From positions 1 through 42,860 of the forward strand of contig JAYGCN010000177.1 in assembly GCA_046583315.1 (NCBI GenBank): a DNA stretch of 42,860 nt, read 5' to 3'. The DNA comes from Candidatus Hydrogenedentota bacterium (GTDB taxonomy: Bacteria > Hydrogenedentota > Hydrogenedentia > Hydrogenedentales > GCA-2746185). How positions within the stretch are numbered: position 1 is the stretch's first letter; every line of letters starts with the position of its first letter. The translations under genes were made by a program, and so were the position numbers. Positions 36,387-42,860 of the stretch are shown piece by piece. A model generated the notes under the pieces. The model had not been told where the DNA came from. It made no database searches and saw nothing but the letters and a program-made list of their open reading frames with translations.

Positions 36387-37655
36387 ATGAAAGCGCTGGA
36401 AAATGTAGCACCGAAACCGAATGAGCGCATAGCGTTTGCCGAGTTGCAGGCGCAGCTTGACGGCACTTTGGCGCAAGGTGACAACGGTGTGGTGGAAGCT
36501 GTGCACCTCATGCTCGCGCAAGCCGTGTTGCACCGCGCCAGCGATCTCTATTGCGAGCCATGGAAAGACGGACTGGTGATTCGGCTGCGACTTGATGGCG
36601 TGTTGCACAATGTCGCACGGCTCGATCAGAGTCATCAGGAACGACTTATCGCCCGTATCAAAGTTATGGCCAACATGGTGACCTATGAAAAAGGCATGCC
36701 ACAGGATGGGCACATCGAATTTGGCCAGCAACAGCTCAATGCGTCGATGCGCGTTTCTATTTACCCGACCATCTACGGCGAAAAAGCCGTGATTCGGATT
36801 CTGGATTCCGGGAATAGTTTTCCCGGGCTCGACGAATTGGGATTTGCTGACGACGTGCGCTCAGGTCTGCGTTCGTGGACAGCGCGCCCGCAGGGAACCC
36901 TGTTGCTCACTGGACCCAGTGCGAGCGGAAAAACGACGACCATTTACGCCTTGTTGAGGGAGATTTTGGATAACCCCAAGCGCTCCCGGCACATCGTGAC
37001 AATTGAAGATCCCGTCGAATACCGACTCGACGGAATTACCCAATCCCAGATACAGCCCGCGCAGGATTTTACCTATGATGTTGCCTTGCGCGCGGTGTTG
37101 CGGCAGGACCCCGACGTGCTCATGGTAGGCGAAATCCGTGATTCAGAGACCGCCCACGCCGCAATCAAGGCCGGACTCACCGGACATTTGGTCGTGAGCA
37201 CGATACACAGTAGCTCGGCTTCCGGAGTGTTCAGTCGTTTGCTCGATATGGGTGTTGAACCCTACCTGCTCGCGTCATCGATCACGGGTGTGTTGTCGCA
37301 ACGCCTCGTGCGTAACGTATGCACACACTGCGCGACGCCACACATCCCCGATTCGAAGCAACTTACGCGATTTGGCCTGAAAAATGCCCGACCCGGTTTT
37401 GTCCGTGGTATGGGGTGTGAGCACTGCCAGGGAATCGGCTACGACAAGCGCTCGGCACTTGGCGAATGGCTATCAATGACGCCTGCACTGTCTGAAAGCG
37501 TTCTGCAGCGATGCCCGACGCATCTCATCGAGCAGACAGCGATTGATTCAGGCATGAAAACGTTATTGAAACATGGACTTGATCGCGTTTCCGACGGCAC
37601 GACGACGCTGGACGAATTGGAGTTGGCCATTTATCCGGAGGACTACGAGCGATGA
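36387..37655 (+). CDS. GspE/PilB-family assembly ATPase lacking the N-terminal domain
   Basis: ASD..EP, RLRLDGVL, PQDG, Walker A GPSASGKTT, TIEDPVEY, LRQDPDVLMVGEIRD, TGHLVVSTIH, QRLVR and a tetra-Cys motif CTHC...CEHC. Confidence 0.93.
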   Translation: MKALENVAPKPNERIAFAELQAQLDGTLAQGDNGVVEAVHLMLAQAVLHRASDLYCEPWKDGLVIRLRLDGVLHNVARLDQSHQERLIARIKVMANMVTYEKGMPQDGHIEFGQQQLNASMRVSIYPTIYGEKAVIRILDSGNSFPGLDELGFADDVRSGLRSWTARPQGTLLLTGPSASGKTTTIYALLREILDNPKRSRHIVTIEDPVEYRLDGITQSQIQPAQDFTYDVALRAVLRQDPDVLMVGEIRDSETAHAAIKAGLTGHLVVSTIHSSSASGVFSRLLDMGVEPYLLASSITGVLSQRLVRNVCTHCATPHIPDSKQLTRFGLKNARPGFVRGMGCEHCQGIGYDKRSALGEWLSMTPALSESVLQRCPTHLIEQTAIDSGMKTLLKHGLDRVSDGTTTLDELELAIYPEDYER

Positions 37656-38044
37656 AGCAACGTCAACGCGGATTTATGATCTACGACATGGTCGCGGCCA
37701 TTGGCGTCTTGAGCGTCATCGGTTTCGGCGCGTTTAAGGTTTATTATGTCGGCATAAGACATCTGCATACCTCTTCCGAGCGCAACGTTGCGGCGCGGGC
37801 ATTGGCCAATGAATGGGAACGCTTGCGCGCCGAGCCGCTGGAGGCGCTTTCCAGTTACGACGGAACCACGTTCACGGTGGTCATGCCTGAGCTGGAAGAG
37901 CTACACGAACCGAGCACGGTCATTACGGTCACACCCTCGGAAGAAGCGTCCGCCGATCCCTATCAGGTGACGTTGCAGATTGATTGGGTAGGCCGAGGCG
38001 GTCGACCGATATCTGAATCATTAACAGTCTTGAGGGCCTTTTGA
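37652..38044 (+). CDS. Minor pilin/pseudopilin (PilV/GspI-like) with atypical prepilin signal
   Basis: MKQRQRG/FMIYDMVAAIGVLSVIGF (Asp at +5); C-terminal VTLQIDW resembles PilV/GspI-type minor pilins; ATGA overlap. Confidence 0.7.
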   Translation: MKQRQRGFMIYDMVAAIGVLSVIGFGAFKVYYVGIRHLHTSSERNVAARALANEWERLRAEPLEALSSYDGTTFTVVMPELEELHEPSTVITVTPSEEASADPYQVTLQIDWVGRGGRPISESLTVLRAF

Positions 38045-38571
38045 TGAGTTCAACGCGCACCAATCACGATGGATACACGTTACTCGAATTGCTGCTGACG
38101 ACTACCTTGCTGGTCGTCATGGTGAGCCTGTGTCTGAACCTGTACATCACTTACAACCGGGTGCGCACGAATGCCGCCACGGAAATCGATCGGGATCGGC
38201 AGGTTCAGAGCATCGAAGTCGCGTTCCGAAATCATGTCCAGGAATCCGCGCGCACTCGCGATGCGTTCTTGTCCTTTGCCGCCGGTGATCGGCTGCTGAT
38301 TCTCGAAAGTGGGGCGGGCGATCGGGTGATCGTGTTGGGGGATACGCATACGCCGGGTGCCTTCACCTTGTCTCGATGGCGGCAGATTGACGAGGCATGG
38401 GAAAGCGACTATTTGAAGGAATTTACGCTGGATGGCGGAAGTTTTGAGTTCATTGCGGCCGATTCTGTACCCATTGAACTGAAGATCTATCTTGATTCGA
38501 GGAAGGATCAGGAGGCACCGCCTTCGCAGAACACCCTGTTGGCGACGCTGCGCGAAGGAGATGGATCGTGA
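38044..38571 (+). CDS. Minor pilin/pseudopilin (PilW/GspJ-like position)
   Basis: DG/YTLLELLLTTTLLVVMV class III signal with Glu5; coupled to the upstream stop. Confidence 0.75.
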   Translation: MSSTRTNHDGYTLLELLLTTTLLVVMVSLCLNLYITYNRVRTNAATEIDRDRQVQSIEVAFRNHVQESARTRDAFLSFAAGDRLLILESGAGDRVIVLGDTHTPGAFTLSRWRQIDEAWESDYLKEFTLDGGSFEFIAADSVPIELKIYLDSRKDQEAPPSQNTLLATLREGDGS

Positions 38572-39005
38572 TGCGCCGCAGTAGACATGCCCGCTCAGGA
38601 TACGCGCTGATGGTCGTGTTGGGGTATATGATGGTGTTGTCCATCTTCGCCACCGTATTTCTGAAAAACGTGTTGAGCGCCATGCACACCCAACAGTTGA
38701 ACACCCAGCAGGTCAAGACGCGCGCATTGGCGGAATCGGCGATACACCACGCCGCCACGCGTCTGGCTTCGGATGGCGATTACGTAGGCGAGTCGGATTT
38801 TGTTCTGGGTGATGGTGCCTTCACAGTCTCGGTATTGCGCGATGAGGAACCCGATTTGTGGGTGGTCACAGCTGTGGCATCGCTGCGAGATGAGCAATAC
38901 CAATCCCACCACGCGCATCTGCGGGCGACCCTCCAGATAACGGCTTCGGGCTGGGTCATTCGCGATTGGGATACGCGATCACCGGCGCAACGGGAGGACA
39001 CGTGA
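38568..39005 (+). CDS. Minor pilin, PilX/GspK-like (no Glu5)
   Basis: [19 protein letters not shown] and ALAESAI..A, the usual PilX/GspK N-terminal pattern; GTGA overlap. Confidence 0.72.
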   Translation: MMRRSRHARSGYALMVVLGYMMVLSIFATVFLKNVLSAMHTQQLNTQQVKTRALAESAIHHAATRLASDGDYVGESDFVLGDGAFTVSVLRDEEPDLWVVTAVASLRDEQYQSHHAHLRATLQITASGWVIRDWDTRSPAQREDT

Positions 39006-39673
39006 TGCGGCGCAAAGGATTTACACTGATGGAGTTGCTGGTGGTAATAGCCATCATCGGCATACTGGCCGCCATCCTTCTGCCCGGATTGGCGCGTGCA
39101 AGGGAGCGCGCGCGCCGTAGCTCCTGCGCCATGAATCTGAATCAGATTGGACTCGCGTTGCATATCTATGCGGATGAACACGATGGCCATATGCCGTGGA
39201 GCGGCGGCAACAACAACGGCGATGCCCTGGTGGGATTGTGGATTGATGGCGAGTTGTCCTTAGGGACTTTCGTGTGCCCGTCCGACACAGACAATTCTAT
39301 ACGTGACCATCGCCGTTTGGGAGAGAACATGGAGGATTATTCTTTTCATCGCGGCAAGCTCAACGGCGAATTGGACGGACTATATTCCTTGCGCGAGAGC
39401 TACAACTATCTCGGTGCCTACACGGAAGAACCTATCTTCGTGCCCAATACATTCCAATTGCCGAAAGTGCCGATTATGTGGGACATCGGCGCAACGGTTC
39501 CGTCGAACTACAATCATGTTCCTGGCGGGATGAACGTGTTATGGCTCGATGGTTCGGTAACCTTCGAGAAAAACGAATGGTTGACCACGAATTACTTGCC
39601 CTATCGCCCCGAAGGCATCGAATTTCTGGAACCCGCCGAGCCACCTTCATCACGCAGAGATGACGATTATTAA
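39002..39673 (+). CDS. Prepilin N-terminal cleavage/methylation protein, DUF1559-like, with C-terminal H-X9-DG-type motif
   Basis: [61 protein letters not shown], and [24 protein letters not shown] before GTG 39002 / ATG 39005. Confidence 0.9.
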   Translation: MMRRKGFTLMELLVVIAIIGILAAILLPGLARARERARRSSCAMNLNQIGLALHIYADEHDGHMPWSGGNNNGDALVGLWIDGELSLGTFVCPSDTDNSIRDHRRLGENMEDYSFHRGKLNGELDGLYSLRESYNYLGAYTEEPIFVPNTFQLPKVPIMWDIGATVPSNYNHVPGGMNVLWLDGSVTFEKNEWLTTNYLPYRPEGIEFLEPAEPPSSRRDDDY

Positions 39674-40423
39674 TTAGTTCGTCAATTTCCGCACGTAGAA
39701 GTTTCTGAACTGCACAAGACTCGAAGCCGAATTCCAGGTGTTTTTAACCGGATCGAATCCACCGTGATGTTGTAACGCCAATGGGCCACGGGGCGGCAAG
39801 CCGGGTAACTGCGCCTTATCCAGTACCGTTTTTCCATTCAGCACGACCGTAAGCCGATCACCTTTCATCGTGATGTGAAAGGTATTCCATTCGCCGATTG
39901 GATTGTCCGCGTGTTCGCTTGGTGTGACCCCGGCGCGAACCTCGGATGACATCGAGTCGTCCATGCGATACCCGTAAACCTCGCCTGAACCGATGGGCCA
40001 GCACCACATGTTGACCTGCGCTTTGGAGGTGCCGCGTAAATAGATTCCGGAGTCCGCGTTGGCGCGTCGTTCGATAATATCGTTACCGCGTTCGTCCTTC
40101 TTGTGCAATCCGCTGGGCAATACCACGGGCATATTGTATTTACCCTTCGTTTCCTTGATACGCCAGTCCAGCACAAGTTCGAAATCCTGATACGAGGTCT
40201 TCGTCCAGATGGATTGGTCGCCTTTTTTGTCGGCGCGCGGGTTGCAATCGATTGCGCCATCGACAACGGTCCACATATCCTTCTGTTCGGGACGCAAATC
40301 GAAGGCTGACAGGTCAGAGCCATTAAAGAGGGATACCCAGCCTTTCCCTTCAGGAGGTTCTGCGAGCGCGAGGGGTATTGACAGGATTAGACAGGCGAAC
40401 GACGAGGTCATGACGCGATACAT
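39674..40423 (-). CDS. Secreted DUF1080 (3-keto-disaccharide hydrolase-like) protein
   Basis: Signal peptide; GWVSLFNG, YQDFELVLDW, DSGIYLRG, GEWNTF, GPLALQHHG, QFRNFYVRKL. Confidence 0.88.
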   Translation of the reverse strand: MYRVMTSSFACLILSIPLALAEPPEGKGWVSLFNGSDLSAFDLRPEQKDMWTVVDGAIDCNPRADKKGDQSIWTKTSYQDFELVLDWRIKETKGKYNMPVVLPSGLHKKDERGNDIIERRANADSGIYLRGTSKAQVNMWCWPIGSGEVYGYRMDDSMSSEVRAGVTPSEHADNPIGEWNTFHITMKGDRLTVVLNGKTVLDKAQLPGLPPRGPLALQHHGGFDPVKNTWNSASSLVQFRNFYVRKLTN

Positions 40424-40576
40424 AAGGCAAACTCCAATAGTTCCATACTTAACCTAACTTCATTGTACGTCAAACCCCGCGAAATTGCACTCTAGATTTA
40501 TCAACCGCCTCGTCGGTATAATAGTGGTCTCTTCAGAGCCGAGCCACCGAAGGAAAATTCACCAGGAGTAAACACT

Positions 40577-41884
40577 ATGCTTACGGACGCACAAGTCCTT
40601 GATTCAATGCGCGGCATTATCGACCCCGATTTAAACAAAGACATCGTGTCACTCGGGTTCATCAAAAAACTCACCATTAGCGATGGCGAGGTATCGTTTA
40701 TTCTCGAACTCACCACGCCCGCGTGCCCGGTCAAGGAACAGTTTGTTACGGATTGCAAGGCTGCGGTGGGTGCGCTTGACGGCGTGACCTCCGTGAACGT
40801 CGAACTCAGCGCGATGCAGCCTAAAAAACAGCCGAACCTCGCGGTCAGTACGCTTACCAAAGTCGATGCCGTGATCGCTGTGTCCTCGTGCAAAGGCGGC
40901 GTCGGGAAATCAACCATCGCCGCGCAGCTTGCACGCTCCATGCAACGAGAAGGCCTGCGTGTAGGATTGCTCGATACCGACATTTACGGACCCTCCGTGC
41001 CGACGCTGTTCAACATGCACCGTCCCGAGCTGATGATGCGCGACAACATGTTGATTCCCCTGGACGTGGATGGCCTTAAAGTGATGTCCGTCGGATTCGT
41101 GTTGGGCGATTCTCCCGCGGTTATGCGTGGACCGATGGTGTCCGGCTACTGCCAGCAGATTCTGAACCAGACTGATTGGGGCGAACTCGACTATCTTATT
41201 ATCGATATGCCGCCAGGAACGGGCGATATTCAATTAACGCTCGTGCAGCAGGCGGCGCTTGATGGCGCAATCATTGTTACGACCCCGCACTCGTTATCGC
41301 TGGTCGATGTCGCGCGCGGCATCCTGATGTTTGAAAAAGTGAATGTCCCCGTGCTCGGCATCGTCGAAAACATGTCGTATTTCCTGTGCGACAACTGCGA
41401 CAAGAAACATCACATCTTCGGAAACAACTCGCAGGCGTTGAAAGATCGATTCGGTCTGGATACGCTCGCCGAATTCCCCATTGTGCAGGGTATCTCCGAC
41501 CTCGGTTCACCCGATGCCGGCGCGAATATTGAACAGGTCAAAGAGATGACGGAAAACGTGCATCGCGCGGTGGGAAAACGTCGCGCGCAGCATGAAGAGC
41601 TTCCCGTGGTGACCTTCGAAGAGGGCTTTATCGTCGTAAACTGGCCCGATGGTGCTGCGGATCGCCTGCCAAACAGGAACGTACGAATCGCGTGCCAGTG
41701 CGCATCCTGTGTACACGAATACACCGGGCAACAGATTCTGGAGCCAGAGTCGGTATCGCCCAATATACAGGCGACCTCGGTTGACGTGCTCGGAAATTAT
41801 GCGGTGTCGGTTGCGTGGGACGATGGTCACTCATCGGGGATATTCACGTGGGATCGACTCAAGGAGATCGCCGCGAGTTCCTAG
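40577..41884 (+). CDS. mrp: Mrp/ApbC/NBP35 Fe-S cluster carrier ATPase with N-terminal DUF59 and C-terminal DUF971 (HCF101-like architecture)
   Basis: DUF59 (IDPDLNKDIVSLGF...LTTPACP); deviant Walker A CKGGVGKST; DIYGPS, RGPMV, DMPPGTGD, ENMS..CDNC; C-terminal CQCASC...GNYAV..WDDGHSSGIFTW. Confidence 0.9.
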   Translation: MLTDAQVLDSMRGIIDPDLNKDIVSLGFIKKLTISDGEVSFILELTTPACPVKEQFVTDCKAAVGALDGVTSVNVELSAMQPKKQPNLAVSTLTKVDAVIAVSSCKGGVGKSTIAAQLARSMQREGLRVGLLDTDIYGPSVPTLFNMHRPELMMRDNMLIPLDVDGLKVMSVGFVLGDSPAVMRGPMVSGYCQQILNQTDWGELDYLIIDMPPGTGDIQLTLVQQAALDGAIIVTTPHSLSLVDVARGILMFEKVNVPVLGIVENMSYFLCDNCDKKHHIFGNNSQALKDRFGLDTLAEFPIVQGISDLGSPDAGANIEQVKEMTENVHRAVGKRRAQHEELPVVTFEEGFIVVNWPDGAADRLPNRNVRIACQCASCVHEYTGQQILEPESVSPNIQATSVDVLGNYAVSVAWDDGHSSGIFTWDRLKEIAASS

Positions 41885-42030
41885 AACAGCTTGTTCAGCA
41901 GCGAATTGATACTGCCCTCGTTCGCGCGAAAGAAAGCCGAGGAAAAATTGACGTAGTAATACGCGCCCACGCCACCGATCCAGGCTATCAGCAGCCATTT
42001 TTGCCAGGGGCGTGTCGAGGATTCATTCAT
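41881..42030 (-). CDS. Small (49 aa) single-pass membrane protein
   Basis: MNESSTRPWQKWLLIAWIGGVGAYYYVNFSSAFFRANEGSINSLLNKLF; the ATG overlaps the DUF2304 gene stop and GGAG lies upstream. Confidence 0.55.
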   Translation of the reverse strand: MNESSTRPWQKWLLIAWIGGVGAYYYVNFSSAFFRANEGSINSLLNKLF

Positions 42031-42424
42031 TCGCCGACTCCGAAGGGGTGTCGTCTTCGAGGCTGTCAATGCGATTCGTCAGCAGGGCCATCTCCTGCGC
42101 GAGTTTCCGGTTTCGTTCGCTCAGGCTGGAAATAATCACGCTGAACGAGAGGATAATGCCCAGCACGTAGATGAACGAGATCGCGTAGAGCGTCGTCAGT
42201 AGCTGGAAGCGCAACGTGTTTGTGGCCCACTCGATGATCTGCGGAAAAATGCCTATCAACACGCCCACGACCGACGTGCCCAACCACAGCAGCGCATATC
42301 GTTCTTTAAGTTTCTCGCGCCGCACCAACTCCAGCACCAGCGCGAACAACACGACGCTTAATACCAGCAGCGCAATCCGGTGGATCGGTTGAATACTCAT
42401 CATCGGCAGGACATCGTCGATCAT
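42023..42424 (-). CDS. DUF2304 family membrane protein
   Basis: LVRREKLKERYALLW, IFP, three TM helices and a C-terminal ISSL...KLAQEMAL coiled coil; directly downstream of a GT2 gene. Confidence 0.82.
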   Translation of the reverse strand: MIDDVLPMMSIQPIHRIALLVLSVVLFALVLELVRREKLKERYALLWLGTSVVGVLIGIFPQIIEWATNTLRFQLLTTLYAISFIYVLGIILSFSVIISSLSERNRKLAQEMALLTNRIDSLEDDTPSESANE

Positions 42425-42750
42425 TTATTTCACCGTTGCGTCGGGTTCGGGACTGGAGGAGGCGAGTTCGGCACCCGATTTTCTTTCGGGTGTTTTCTTC
42501 ACCACGCCGATGAAAATTGCCAGGCTCACTTTGATGATGTAATAGACGGCGCGGGCCGCATTGATCGAACTTTCGCCGCCCTGTCGCTGCTGCATGTCCA
42601 CCGGAATCTCGACCGCTTTCAGGCCGTGCTTGTGCATGATGACCAGCGCTTCGGGTTCGGGATAATCATCCGGGTAGTTTTTCGCGAAGACACTGAACAC
42701 CGCCCGGTTCATCGCGCGAAAGCCGCTAGTCGTATCCGTCACGCCGCCGC
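42425..42750 (-). pseudogene. C-terminal fragment of a GT2 (DPM1-like polyprenol-phosphate) glycosyltransferase
   Basis: VTDTTSGFRAMN, YPDDYPEPE and EIPVDMQQRQGGESSI are DPM1-like C-terminal motifs. The frame hits TGA 9 codons upstream of VTD, so the DxD-containing N-terminal half is absent here. Confidence 0.7.
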
Positions 42751-42788
42751 CGCATCCGAAAAATGATCACTGAATCCCCCCTCGGTCA

Positions 42789-42860
42789 TCAGCCCCCTTT
42801 CACCGGCAGGCCCATCGCCTCCTTGAGCGTCAACACTTTGCCGATATGCAAGCCTTCGTG
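42789..42860 (-). CDS. 3' end of a probable DinB-family protein, entering from the right edge
   Basis: Manual translation gives HEGLHIGKVLTLKEAMGLPVKGG*. HExxHxG close to the C-terminus is typical of DinB/YfiT-like proteins, but only 23 aa are visible. Confidence 0.5.
   Translation of the reverse strand, partial: HEGLHIGKVLTLKEAMGLPVKGG

Overview
A gene-dense bacterial chromosomal window from a diderm organism (LptC/LptA/LptB present), standard genetic code. The DUF1559-like pilin ending in NHVPGGxNVLWxDG, the two DUF1080 proteins and the Asp-box protein are suggestive of Hydrogenedentota or a PVC-like lineage; this is inference only. Housekeeping blocks: copA, xseA-xseB-ispA, hisS, nadC-birA-coaX-lptC-lptA-lptB, tpx, an aquaporin and Mrp/ApbC. 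They are mixed with many secreted hydrolases and two ECF sigma/zinc anti-sigma pairs. I found no rRNA, tRNA, CRISPR array or transposase. Most notable observations: (1) a tightly coupled ~7 kb operon (32666-39673) of ECF sigma + anti-sigma, two divergent GspF/PilC platform proteins, a short GspE/PilB ATPase and four pilin-like genes, with no secretin, alignment or peptidase genes; (2) a Rieske/cytochrome b-c operon with two lesions, a TGA at the Tat twin-arginine position and a frameshift at ~14897; (3) a dispersed purine/pyrimidine-skewed hairpin repeat at 8798-8842 and 17342-17485; (4) an HCF101-like three-domain Mrp; (5) a headless GT2 gene abutting the end of a DinB-like gene at the right edge. 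All product calls come from motif recognition, not database searches.
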